Source: Candidatus Enterosoma merdigallinarum
Lineage (GTDB): Bacteria; Bacillota_I; Bacilli_A; RFN20; CAG-288
DNA: 64,000 nt
Direction: 5' to 3'
NCBI GenBank assembly: GCA_018714385.1
Contig: DVNL01000007.1
Location: 93,657-157,656 of the forward strand
In this document: piece after piece, positions 52,307 to 60,976 of the stretch
How the letters are laid out: every line of letters begins with the position of its first letter
How positions within the stretch are numbered: position 1 is the first letter of the stretch
Made by a program: the position numbers and the translations under genes
Notes under the pieces: generated by a model
Seen by the model: only the letters and a program-made list of their open reading frames with translations
Databases searched by the model: none
What the model was told of the DNA's origin: nothing

Positions 52307-52699
52307 TCAATCGAGCTTGTCGGCCAGCTCCGCCAGCTTTGCAAAGGTCTCCTGGTGGATGATGTGCTCCACGCGACAGGCATCCGTCTCGGCGATGTCG
52401 GAGTCGATCCCGAGCTTTTTGAAAAGCTTCGTCAGGACGCGATGGCGGGCGAGAGTCTCCTCCGCCTTCTTCCTGCCTTCCTCGGTCAGCTCCAGCTGTC
52501 CTTTGTTTCCGACCAGGATGAAGCCGTCCTCCTTGAGGACTTTCACTGCGCGGGAAATGGCTGGCCTAGAATAGCCAAAGGCCGCGGCGAGGTCGACGGA
52601 GCGGACGTTCTTGTCCTGCTCTTGGAGCATAAGTATCTTTTCGAGGTAGTCCTCACCCGATTCGTGGATGTGGCCGGTGTATTCGATTCTGTTTTTCAT
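52307..52699 (-). CDS. mntR: DtxR/MntR-family metal-dependent transcriptional regulator (short MntR-type)
   Basis: SGEDYLEKILML...VRSVDLAAAFGYSRPAISRAVKVLKEDGF winged HTH and a metal-site region ACRVEHIIH. 130 aa from ATG 52699. The metal specificity implied by the symbol is not proven. Confidence 0.85.
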   Translation of the reverse strand: MKNRIEYTGHIHESGEDYLEKILMLQEQDKNVRSVDLAAAFGYSRPAISRAVKVLKEDGFILVGNKGQLELTEEGRKKAEETLARHRVLTKLFKKLGIDSDIAETDACRVEHIIHQETFAKLAELADKLD

Positions 52700-52706
52700 T
52701 TGCTTG

Positions 52707-52715
52707 ATTATAGCA
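52707..52715 (-). promoter_or_regulatory. Extended -10 element 7 nt upstream of the mntR-like ATG (leaderless candidate)
   Basis: Minus strand TGcTATAAT, then caagcaa, then ATG 52699. No SD. Confidence 0.45.
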
Positions 52716-52742
52716 CACGGAAAGAAAGAAATCTCGGCAACG

Positions 52743-52769
52743 AAAAAGGCCGACCCCAAAGGGTTGGCC
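52743..52769 (-). terminator. Terminator after rpmE
   Basis: Minus strand GGCCAACCC tttg GGGTCGGCC followed by TTTTTCG. Confidence 0.7.
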
Positions 52770-52795
52770 TTGCCTATCGCTTTCGAAGAGGAGGC

Positions 52796-53020
52796 TTACT
52801 TGCCGGCTTTCTTGGCTTCGCTGTCCTTGAGCTTGCGGTTGAACTTGGCAACGCGGCCCGTGTCGGCGGCGAAGGTGAGCTTGCCGGTGTAGAAGCTGTG
52901 GCAGTGGGAGCAGGTATCGACCTTGATCTCGGGAAGCGTGGAACCCGTCTCGAAGGTGTTGCCGCAAGTCATGCAGGTGACCTTGGTCCGATGATATTTC
53001 GGATGGATGTCTTTCTTCAT
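52796..53020 (-). CDS. rpmE: 50S ribosomal protein L31, Zn-binding (C+) form
   Basis: MKKDIHPKYH start, CMTC and CSHCH cysteine pairs, and FYTGK. Confidence 0.95.
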   Translation of the reverse strand: MKKDIHPKYHRTKVTCMTCGNTFETGSTLPEIKVDTCSHCHSFYTGKLTFAADTGRVAKFNRKLKDSEAKKAGK

Positions 53021-53085
53021 TTCGTTGTCCTCCTCGTCTATTTTTGTTTCAGTCGGTTTGCCTCACGAAACGCAAGGCAACGATT

Positions 53086-53114
53086 ACTATACTCTTTTGT
53101 CTTTCTCTCTTCAA
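53086..53114 (-). promoter_or_regulatory. Promoter of rpmE
   Basis: Minus strand: TTGAAG (53109-53114), 17-nt spacer, TATAGT (53086-53091). It is followed by a 5' UTR hairpin TTGCCT...AGGCAA. Confidence 0.5.
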
Positions 53115-53135
53115 GGATTTATTTCAGCAGTTTGG

Positions 53136-53384
53136 TCATTCTTCGCGGAAGGAAGAAGAGAAGGGCTGATCGGGCTCCAGGGAGTCGTCATCGTCGTCAC
53201 GCATCCGAGACTTGTCCCGAATCATCGAACGGTCTTCTTTCGAGACATCGAAACGGCCTTCGTCTTCCTCCGTTCCGGAAGAGGCGTGTCCCTTGATCTC
53301 CTTTGGCGGCTGCGGTTTTCCGCAGCAAGGGCAGAGCCAACGCCAATCATCGATCTTCTCATGGCAGAACGGACATTCTTTCAT
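53136..53384 (-). CDS. Small zinc-ribbon protein with acidic disordered tail (hypothetical)
   Basis: MKECPFCHEKIDDWRWLCPCCGKP (CxxC...CxxC), then a D/E-rich tail. AAGGA lies 7 nt upstream. No homologue recognised. Confidence 0.55.
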   Translation of the reverse strand: MKECPFCHEKIDDWRWLCPCCGKPQPPKEIKGHASSGTEEDEGRFDVSKEDRSMIRDKSRMRDDDDDSLEPDQPFSSSFREE

Positions 53385-53433
53385 GGTTCATTCCTTTCGA
53401 TTTGCGGATAAAACGTTTTCCGTTTCCACCTTA

Positions 53434-53442
53434 TGTTACAAT
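53434..53442 (+). promoter_or_regulatory. Extended -10 promoter of the HAD hydrolase gene
   Basis: TGtTACAAT, 33 nt upstream of ATG 53476. Confidence 0.4.
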
Positions 53443-53475
53443 GAAAGAAAACAAAAGTCAGCCGAGGAAGGAAAA

Positions 53476-54324
53476 ATGAAAAAGAAACCGAAGATCGCGC
53501 TTCTCTATGATTTCGACAAGACCTTGTCGACGACCGACATGCAGAACTATACATTCATTCCGGCCCTGAACATTCATCCGAGCGAATTTTGGGAAGAGTG
53601 CAATCGATTTTCCAGGCTCCATCATATGGATTCTCTCCTCGTCTACATGTACAAGATGATCGAGCTTTCCAAGCAGAAGCACCTGCCCATCAACAGGGAA
53701 GCCTTCGTCAGCATGGGAAAAGACATTCGTTTCTTCCCCGGCGTCGAATCCTGGTTTCCCAGAATCGACGATTTCGGAGAGTCTCTCGGCGTCCATATCG
53801 AGCATTACATCATCTCCAGCGGAAACCGGGAAATCATCGAGGGATCTTCCATCTACAAATATTTCAAGAAAGTCTTCGCCTGCGAATTTCTCTATGTCAA
53901 CGACGAGGCCGTCTGGCCCAAGAGCGTCATCAACTATACGACGAAGACCCAGTTCCTCTTCCGCGTCAACAAAGGCGTCCTGGACATATCCGAGGACGAG
54001 AAGGTCAATGCCTCCACTCCGGACGAGGAAAGGGTGATCCCCTTCCGCAACATGATCTATATCGCCGACGGACTCACCGATGTCCCATGCATGAAGCTCA
54101 TCCGACAGAAAGGCGGCTATGCCATCGCCGTCTATGCCCCGGCGAAGATGCCGCAGGCAAAGCAGCTCTTTTCGGACCACAGGGTGGACTACATCGCCGA
54201 GGCCGACTATCGCGATAAGAGCGAACTCGACAAAATCGTCCGCCTCATCATCCGGCGCATGGCCGTGGAGGACGAGCTTGTCCGTCTGCACAACAGGCAG
54301 GCGAAGAAGGTCGAGGAAGAATAG
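53476..54324 (+). CDS. HAD-superfamily hydrolase (subfamily IB-like)
   Basis: Motif I YDFDKTL and motif IV IYIADGLTDVPCM. Start set at ATG 53476 (MKKKPKIALL) with GAGGAAGGA upstream; the ORF-track start at 53212 is an antisense extension. Confidence 0.8.
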   Translation: MKKKPKIALLYDFDKTLSTTDMQNYTFIPALNIHPSEFWEECNRFSRLHHMDSLLVYMYKMIELSKQKHLPINREAFVSMGKDIRFFPGVESWFPRIDDFGESLGVHIEHYIISSGNREIIEGSSIYKYFKKVFACEFLYVNDEAVWPKSVINYTTKTQFLFRVNKGVLDISEDEKVNASTPDEERVIPFRNMIYIADGLTDVPCMKLIRQKGGYAIAVYAPAKMPQAKQLFSDHRVDYIAEADYRDKSELDKIVRLIIRRMAVEDELVRLHNRQAKKVEEE

Positions 54325-54345
54325 CGCTCTTGTTCAAAGGAATTT

Positions 54346-54364
54346 AAAAAGGCGCCGAAGCGCC
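54346..54364 (-). terminator. Terminator after rsmI (hairpin also faces the HAD gene)
   Basis: Minus strand GGCGC ttcg GCGCC followed by TTTTTAAA. There is no T-run on the plus strand. Confidence 0.6.
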
Positions 54365-54379
54365 GGATTCGGATTCGCT

Positions 54380-55237
54380 TTACTTTGTTTTGCCTTGCAT
54401 CGCAAGAGCCATTTCGTAAACATCGCTCTTTTTGATGCCGTGACGCTCCGCGATGAGGCGGCTGACATCCTTGACGCTTGATCCTTCCTTGAGGAGGGAA
54501 CGGATCTCTTTTTCCAAGGCTTTGGAATCGACTGATCTTTCTTTTGCGCCTTCCACGACGATGACGCACTCGCCCTTGATGTCCGAAAGAGAAGAAAGCT
54601 CGTCCAGTGTCCCGAAGATGGTTTCTTCGTGGATTTTCGTCAATTCACGGACTATAGTCGCTTTTCTTTCTCCAGAAAAGACCTCTTTCATAATTGAGAG
54701 GGTCTCGATGATTCGCTTGGGGGATTCATAAAAGATCAGTGTCTCTTCCCGTTCCTTGAGGCTTGAGAAGAATTTTGTCATCGCCCCCTTCTTCGTCGGC
54801 GGAAAGCCGAAGAAGGAAAAGTCCGCCGTGTCGAGACCGGAAAGCACCAGAGCGGAGAGGGCAGCCGTCGGCCCGGGAAGGACGGTGACGGGAACAGACA
54901 GATCCTGGCACTTCTTGGCCAAGAGGGCCCCGGGGTCGGAGATGCCCGGCATGCCGGCGTCGGAGCAGTAGGAAAGGATGAGGTTCTTCTCCTTGACCTC
55001 CTTGACGAGTCTCTCGCCTTCTTTCTCTTCGATCTGGCTGTAGAGGGAGACAAGCTTCTTCGGGCGGATTCCGTAGTGCTTCAAAAGGACGGCCGTGTTC
55101 CGCGTGTCCTCGCAGGCGACGATGTCGCTTTTCTTCAGGATGCTTATGGCGCGGTAAGTGATGTCCTCGAGGTTTCCTATCGGCGTGCCGACCAGGTAGA
55201 CGATGCCTTTTTCTTCGGCGGGGCTACTTCTTTTCAT
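54380..55237 (-). CDS. rsmI: 16S rRNA (cytidine1402-2'-O)-methyltransferase RsmI
   Basis: LVGTPIGNLEDITYRAISILKKSDIVACEDTR is the tetrapyrrole-methylase-like N-terminus typical of RsmI. Confidence 0.92.
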   Translation of the reverse strand: MKRSSPAEEKGIVYLVGTPIGNLEDITYRAISILKKSDIVACEDTRNTAVLLKHYGIRPKKLVSLYSQIEEKEGERLVKEVKEKNLILSYCSDAGMPGISDPGALLAKKCQDLSVPVTVLPGPTAALSALVLSGLDTADFSFFGFPPTKKGAMTKFFSSLKEREETLIFYESPKRIIETLSIMKEVFSGERKATIVRELTKIHEETIFGTLDELSSLSDIKGECVIVVEGAKERSVDSKALEKEIRSLLKEGSSVKDVSRLIAERHGIKKSDVYEMALAMQGKTK

Positions 55238-56450
55238 TCCCCTTCTTTTCCTCTTCGCTCTTGACGTGCCCCTTGATGGAGAGGACTTCCTTGTCAGCGA
55301 TCTGACTCACGGGGATGAAGCCGGATTCCCTTGCCCGGGCATTGGAATAGGAGTGGCTATAGTGGTTGCTCCGATTGAAGTTCCGGCTCTGGCCGTTTCT
55401 GTTGCCGTTTTGATTGCGGTTGTTGCCTCCGTTTTGATGATGGGGGCTGTTGCGGTTGTTTCCGGAAGCCTTTTTCGCCATCTCGTTCTTCTTGGCACGG
55501 TTGGCGAGTTCCTCTTTCCTTCTCTCTTCGGAGCGACGGATCTGGGCGATGCGCTCGTTGGTGTCCTGGATGCCTCTTCCGGAGAGGTCGACGCCGGAAT
55601 TGATGTCCTTGAACACGGTCTTTTCCTCGACCTTGTCGAGCCCTTTCCGGATCCTTTCCAGCTGTTCCCGGTTGACATTCTCATAGCCGCTCCCGTTGTA
55701 GAGGGTGATGCTGTCGGTCAGGACGTTGATGCCGGTGACGGTATAGTCGGTGTTCCGGTAATGGATCTTCTCGTTCATCTTCGGATAGGTCGGACGCAAT
55801 TCGCTGTAGGCCTTGTCCTCGAATTTCAGGCAGCACATGAGCTTGTTGCAGGCTCCGGAAAGCTTCGGGATGTTGATGGCCAAAAGCTGATTCTTCGCCA
55901 TGGCGATGGAAATGCCGTCAAAGGTCTTCAAAAAAGTCGTACAGCAAAGCGGAAGGCCGCAGGTGCCGATGCCGCCGACAAGGCGAGCCTGATCCCTCGG
56001 CCCGATCTGCCTCAATTCGATTCGGAGACGGAACATGCCGTTGAGGATCTTGACCAGTTCGCGGAAATCCACCCTGCCCTCGGCGGTGAAGGTGATGAGG
56101 ACCTTGTTGTCGTCGACGTCAAGATGGGCGGCGTGGATCTTCATCTCCAGATTCAGGTTGTCGGCCTGCTTTTGCGTCTCGCGGCAGATGAGCCTTTCCT
56201 TTTCGCACGCCTTTGCCGCAAAGGCCTGGTCCTGGAACGTGGCGATGCGGACGATCGGCGGGAAAAGCGTCGAAAAATCGGCTTTGGCCATTTCTTCGTC
56301 GGTCGCTTCGCGTTTCTTTTCGACTTTGCCAAGGTAGGTGCCGTGGCTCGTCTGGCAGACGACCAGGTCGCCGATCTCGACGTCTTTGTTCGTCTGATAG
56401 AAGGTCAGGCCTTGGAAGTCGAATGTGATTCCCAATAAGGTTGCATGCAT
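55224..56450 (-). CDS. ricT: PSP1-domain protein RicT (YaaT) with Asn/Gly/Arg-rich C-terminal tail
   Basis: PSP1 C-terminal domain (RIELRQIGPRDQARLVGGIGTCGLPLCCTTFL). The last 110 aa or so are low complexity (NNRNSPHHQNGGNNRNQNGNRNGQSRNFNRSNH). Confidence 0.88.
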   Translation of the reverse strand: MHATLLGITFDFQGLTFYQTNKDVEIGDLVVCQTSHGTYLGKVEKKREATDEEMAKADFSTLFPPIVRIATFQDQAFAAKACEKERLICRETQKQADNLNLEMKIHAAHLDVDDNKVLITFTAEGRVDFRELVKILNGMFRLRIELRQIGPRDQARLVGGIGTCGLPLCCTTFLKTFDGISIAMAKNQLLAINIPKLSGACNKLMCCLKFEDKAYSELRPTYPKMNEKIHYRNTDYTVTGINVLTDSITLYNGSGYENVNREQLERIRKGLDKVEEKTVFKDINSGVDLSGRGIQDTNERIAQIRRSEERRKEELANRAKKNEMAKKASGNNRNSPHHQNGGNNRNQNGNRNGQSRNFNRSNHYSHSYSNARARESGFIPVSQIADKEVLSIKGHVKSEEEKKGNEKK

Positions 56451-56451
56451 G

Positions 56452-57450
56452 TCAGTTGTCCTCGCTGAGTCTTTGAAGGAGCTTGGCCATCTGGCAAGTC
56501 GGGGAGAGATTGATCTGCCGTAGGCTCAATGCCCTTCTTACGATTTCCTTGCCGCGACGGATGGCCGCCTTCTTTTCTTCGAGGGCGGAAAGGACGTCGT
56601 GGAAAGGATTCTGTTCGTCATAGGCGCCGGAGAGCACTTCGCCGAAGAGCTCGTCCAATGCCAAGTACATCCAATTATAGCACTTGCCTTCCCGTATCTG
56701 GTGGCAGGAAAGAAGGAGGGAGGACATGCCCGCCAAGGCGGAACGGGAGAAATCGGAGAGGAAACACTCCACTGAAGACAGGGCAGGAAGGATCGTCTCG
56801 TCCTCCGCCAAGGCGGAAAGGATCTCCTCACGGGAAGGGAAGAGGCGTGAAAGGAGGAAGAGGGAAGGGAGGGAGATGCCATATTCCTGGCCTTTTGCGT
56901 CGCACAAGGGGGAAGAAGACAGCGAATCGAAGAAGGCCTTCGGTTCGATGGGGTCGACACGGATGGCGATGGAACGGGAGCGGATGGTGGGAAGGACACG
57001 CGTGATGTTCGTGGTGGTCAGGAAAGCAACCTGTCCTTCGCGGGGCTCTTCCAAAAACTTCAGAAGGGCATTGGCCGCCTCTTCTGTGATGTTGTCCGCC
57101 TGATGGATGACATAGGTCAGGGTGTGTCCCTTTTCCAGGGCGGAAAGGGAAAAGGCCTCTTCCAGCGCTTTGACCTGTTCCTTCTTGATCGTCGCCCGAT
57201 CCCCCTCGATGAGGTGGAAATCCGGCCGTATTCCCTTCCGGAAGCGAAGGCAGTCATCGCAGTCGTTGCAGGCCAGGGCTTCTTTCTTGCAGGAAAGGGA
57301 CTGGGCGAGATAGATGGCGATTTCTTTCAAGGGCGCATTTCTTTGCCCATAAAGAATATAGGCATTCGAAAGTCGATTTCTTTTTCTGGAATTGATAAAA
57401 AGCTTAGCCAACTTCGGTTCATATTGAAGAAGCGTCTTGCTGTCCATCAC
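56452..57450 (-). CDS. holB: DNA polymerase III subunit delta'
   Basis: AAA+-like N-terminus (NAYILYGQRNAPLKEIAIYLAQSLSC), Zn-module Cys residues and LKFLEEP. Conserved position after tmk. Confidence 0.88.
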   Translation of the reverse strand: MMDSKTLLQYEPKLAKLFINSRKRNRLSNAYILYGQRNAPLKEIAIYLAQSLSCKKEALACNDCDDCLRFRKGIRPDFHLIEGDRATIKKEQVKALEEAFSLSALEKGHTLTYVIHQADNITEEAANALLKFLEEPREGQVAFLTTTNITRVLPTIRSRSIAIRVDPIEPKAFFDSLSSSPLCDAKGQEYGISLPSLFLLSRLFPSREEILSALAEDETILPALSSVECFLSDFSRSALAGMSSLLLSCHQIREGKCYNWMYLALDELFGEVLSGAYDEQNPFHDVLSALEEKKAAIRRGKEIVRRALSLRQINLSPTCQMAKLLQRLSEDN

Positions 57451-58079
57451 CTCATGATCCTTTTTGCCAGAATGTCGAAGATTTCCTGGCTCTCCTCTTC
57501 GACCGTCTTTTTGGCATCGATTCGGACGATGCGTTCCGGATAGTTTTCCAGAAGGATCTTGTAGCCTTCATAGACTTTTTTGTGGAAGTTCTCCTTTTCC
57601 AGGTCGAGACGGTTGACCTCCCGCGTTTCGTTCTTGCGGATGCGGGCAAGGCCCTCCTCGGGGGGAAGGTCGAGGAAGAAGGTCAGATCCGGGAGCATGC
57701 CGTCGATGGCGAAAAGGTTGATGGAATAGACTTCCTCCATGCCGATGCCTCTGGCATAGCCTTGGTAGGCAAGGGAGGAGTCCAGGTAACGATCGGAGAG
57801 CACATGGATCCCTTTTTCCAATGCCGGGAGGACGATCTCGACGAGGTGCTGTCGCCTCGAAGCGGCATAGAGCAAGGCTTCGCATCGCGGATCCATCTCG
57901 GTGTTTTTCTTGTCCAGGATCACGTTTCTTATCTCTTCGGCGATTTTGCTGCCGCCGGGTTCCCTGGTCAGAAGGAAGGGGATTCCCTTTTCCCTGAGCA
58001 GGACGCTGACGCGATTGAGGACGGTCGTCTTTCCGCAACCGTCGCAGCCTTCGAAAGTCAGAAAAAGTCCTCTAGCCAT
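57447..58079 (-). CDS. tmk: Thymidylate kinase
   Basis: FLTFEGCDGCGKTT P-loop and a DRY motif (SDRYLDSSLAYQG). Start at ATG 58079 (MARGLF). Confidence 0.93.
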   Translation of the reverse strand: MARGLFLTFEGCDGCGKTTVLNRVSVLLREKGIPFLLTREPGGSKIAEEIRNVILDKKNTEMDPRCEALLYAASRRQHLVEIVLPALEKGIHVLSDRYLDSSLAYQGYARGIGMEEVYSINLFAIDGMLPDLTFFLDLPPEEGLARIRKNETREVNRLDLEKENFHKKVYEGYKILLENYPERIVRIDAKKTVEEESQEIFDILAKRIMR

Positions 58080-58689
58080 TGTCCTGTCCTCCTTTGTCCA
58101 TGTCCGTCCTGTGCCGTATCGACTGGGCAATCGTCAGGTTGTCGAGATATTCGAGATTCGTTCCGACGGGGATGCCATAGGCAAGCCTTGTGACTTTGAT
58201 GCCCTTTTTGGCGAAGAGATCGGCGATATAAAGAGCCGTCGTCTCCCCGTCGAGATCCGTCGGGAGGGCGAGGATGATTTCGCTCGCGCCGTTTTCTTCC
58301 GCTTCCTTCAAAAGACGAAGGATGCCGATGCTTTCCGGCGTCTTGTTCCGAAGAGGGGAGAGCGTTCCGTCGAGAACGAAATAGATTCCGCCGTAGCCTT
58401 TCGCCTTTTCGATGGCGATGATATCCTTGCTGTCGCAGACGACCATGATTTGATGGTGGTCACGGCTCGGATCGGCGCAGAGGGGGCAGGATTCTTCGAA
58501 ATAGAAGCCGCAATGAGGGCATCTTTTGACCTTGTCCATGGAATCCTGGATGGCTTGGATGAAAAGTTCCCGATCCTCTGGGCTCATCCGCAAGGTCGCA
58601 TAGGCGAGCCTTTCCGCTGTCTTCGGCCCGATTCCGGGAAGCTTCTTGTAGGCATCGGCGAGCGCGAGGATGGTCTTAATAGGCTCCAT
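58072..58689 (-). CDS. recR: Recombination protein RecR
   Basis: LPGIGPKTAERLAY HhH, a C4 zinc finger (CPHCGFYFEESCPLC), and a Toprim domain. Start at ATG 58689 (MEPIKT). Confidence 0.95.
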   Translation of the reverse strand: MEPIKTILALADAYKKLPGIGPKTAERLAYATLRMSPEDRELFIQAIQDSMDKVKRCPHCGFYFEESCPLCADPSRDHHQIMVVCDSKDIIAIEKAKGYGGIYFVLDGTLSPLRNKTPESIGILRLLKEAEENGASEIILALPTDLDGETTALYIADLFAKKGIKVTRLAYGIPVGTNLEYLDNLTIAQSIRHRTDMDKGGQDNG

Positions 58690-59014
58690 TGCTCTTCTCG
58701 ATCTCCATAAGCTGGCTTTGAACGTCCTTTTGCAGCTGCTCGACATCCGTGACGATGGCGTTGTGGAGGTTTGTCAGGCAGCGCATGATGGCGATCTCCA
58801 TCGTCCCTTTTCCGCTCGTCTCGTAGAAGGATTGGTCGATGCGGACCTCGATGACTTCGTGGCTTCCCTTCATCGTGATGCTGATTCCCTGGACGGTGCC
58901 TTGGTAGATCTTGTTCTGCAAAGCGATCGTTTTTTCCTGGAATTCCTTTGCCTTGCTCTGGAGCAGGGCCATGCTGGCAGCCTGTTTCGCCTTCTTGATG
59001 TTCTCGTCGTCCAT
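58676..59014 (-). CDS. ybaB: Nucleoid-associated protein YbaB/EbfC
   Basis: 112 aa (MALLQSKAKEFQEK...VEQLQKDVQSQL). Conserved position between dnaX and recR. Confidence 0.9.
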   Translation of the reverse strand: MDDENIKKAKQAASMALLQSKAKEFQEKTIALQNKIYQGTVQGISITMKGSHEVIEVRIDQSFYETSGKGTMEIAIMRCLTNLHNAIVTDVEQLQKDVQSQLMEIEKSNGAY

Positions 59015-59029
59015 GTTTGTTGTCTCCTT

Positions 59030-60691
59030 TTAATTTCCCATCAGTTCATTGAAGAATTCGGTCGATGGTGAGAGCGTCTCCCGTTTTCCGAAGTCGATCG
59101 CGCAAGCCTTCTTCGTCTTTTCCGTCTGACCCTTGAAACGCTCCAGGGCCTCCTTGAACGTCGCTTCCGATATCGCCAAGACGTCATATTCCTTTCCCAG
59201 GACTTCCTTGGTCAGGAATCGGAAAGCCTTCTGCTCTTTCTTCAGGGCGAAGGTTTCCAGATCGGAAAGACTTCTCGATGTCAGAAGGAGGACGTCCAAG
59301 GCGACAAGCCTTAGCTTTGCACCATGGAGGGCCTTGGCCTCAAAGGCATTGTCGGAGGAGAGGAAAGTGCTGAAATTCTCCCATTTTGCCGCCAGGGAAA
59401 TCCGTTCCTCCTTGTCGGCCTGATTCATCAGGTTGACGATATCGTCGAGAGTATATTCCAAGACCTGGTCGTCTTCTTTCTTCTCTATGGCCTTGGTGGA
59501 GAAACCTTTTCCTTCGGTCTTGATTTCCATCGGCTTTGAGGCCAGCGTTTCTTCGGCCTTTTCTTTTTCTGCTTTCGGGGCAGGAGACGTTTCGACCTTT
59601 TGGAATGTGGCGGTCTCGGAAGGGGAATCGTCCGTCAAGGCCAGGATGGCGAGTTCCAGGTTTGATAGCAGGCTTTCGCTGTGGCGATATTCCCTTCTTG
59701 CGGAAAGCAGGGCATCGATATCTTTTCTCAAGATGCGAAGAGGCATCGAAAGCGATTCACAATCAGTGGCGGCAAGTTTGGTAAGCAGGGATTCGTCCCT
59801 CGTCGCCTGATAGATCGCAAGATCCTTGAAAATGGTGATGAGATCGTCATGGAGACGGAGAATATCCATTCCTTGAACATATTTTTCTCTTACGAGATGA
59901 AGGCATTCATCAGTTTTCCGACCTTCTATCAAAGAAACAAGTCGGAGTTCGTCTTTGATGGAAAGAAGACCGAAAAGATTGTCGACATCGTCTATGGTTA
60001 TTTTGCTTTCCGCATAGGAAACAAGTTGATCCAGGAGGGAAAGGGAATCGCGGACGCCACCATCGGAAAGAGAGGCGATCGCCTTCAAGGCCTCTTCTTG
60101 ATATCCGATTCCTTCATGGTCGAGGACGCGTCTCATGTTGGCGACGAGGTCCTCCTTCGTGACTTTCGAGAAATCGAAGCGCTGGACGCGGGAGAGAATC
60201 GTCGGAATGATCTTCTGGGGTTCGGTCGTGCAAAGGATGAATACGACGAAGGAAGGGGGTTCTTCCAGGGTCTTGAGAAGGGCGTTGAAGGCGGAGTTGG
60301 ACATATTATGGACTTCGTCGATGATGTAGACCTTGTAGCGGGACATGATCGGCTGATAGGAGACATTGTCGATAAGCTGCCTCACGGAATCCACCGTGGA
60401 ATTGGAGGCGGCGTCGATTTCGATGACGTCAGGGTGCTCCCCTTTTGCGATCGCCCGGCAGGATTCACATTCCAGGCATTGATGCCCGAGCCCTTCCTTG
60501 CAATCGAGTGCCTTGCTGAAAAGTCTCGCCATTGTCGTCTTTCCCGTGCCTCTGGGACCGCAGAAAAGATAGGCGTGGGCGATCTTGTCTTCGCGGATAG
60601 CGTTCTTGAGCGTCGTTACGATGCTCTTCTGTCCGAAAACCTCGTCGAACGTTTGCGGACGATATTTGTTATACAGCGCTTGATAGGCCAT
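59030..60691 (-). CDS. dnaX: DNA polymerase III subunit gamma/tau
   Basis: YRPQTFDEVFGQ, GPRGTGKTT, a Zn module (CLECESC), VYIIDEVHNMS and SRVQRF. AGGAG SD. Confidence 0.95.
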   Translation of the reverse strand: MAYQALYNKYRPQTFDEVFGQKSIVTTLKNAIREDKIAHAYLFCGPRGTGKTTMARLFSKALDCKEGLGHQCLECESCRAIAKGEHPDVIEIDAASNSTVDSVRQLIDNVSYQPIMSRYKVYIIDEVHNMSNSAFNALLKTLEEPPSFVVFILCTTEPQKIIPTILSRVQRFDFSKVTKEDLVANMRRVLDHEGIGYQEEALKAIASLSDGGVRDSLSLLDQLVSYAESKITIDDVDNLFGLLSIKDELRLVSLIEGRKTDECLHLVREKYVQGMDILRLHDDLITIFKDLAIYQATRDESLLTKLAATDCESLSMPLRILRKDIDALLSARREYRHSESLLSNLELAILALTDDSPSETATFQKVETSPAPKAEKEKAEETLASKPMEIKTEGKGFSTKAIEKKEDDQVLEYTLDDIVNLMNQADKEERISLAAKWENFSTFLSSDNAFEAKALHGAKLRLVALDVLLLTSRSLSDLETFALKKEQKAFRFLTKEVLGKEYDVLAISEATFKEALERFKGQTEKTKKACAIDFGKRETLSPSTEFFNELMGN

Positions 60692-60935
60692 GTCCGATCT
60701 CCTGAAATGCTTTCTTATTATATCGTAAAAGGACTATTCATCGTGCAGGGAAATGGCAAATTTGACACGTATTTCCGATATGCAAAAATTGGGATTTTTA
60801 AGAGCCATAAAGCCAGGGGGAAGAGGAGGCGGCTTTTAATTTGGCTTCATAGCTGTTTTCCGCTGAAAGATGACAAATCTTTGGAGAAAGAGTCTGAGCC
60901 TTGAGAAGGACTGGGGAAAAAGGATGTCCGTCCCA

Positions 60936-60976
60936 AGCAAAAACGGGCAAGGAAAGCGTCCAAATTTCGCTTGCCC
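60936..60976 (-). terminator. Orphan terminator-like hairpin in the dnaX/CBS spacer
   Basis: Minus strand GGGCAAGCG aaatttgga CGC(tttc)CTTGCCC followed by GTTTTTGCTT. I cannot identify a minus-strand gene upstream of it. Confidence 0.45.
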
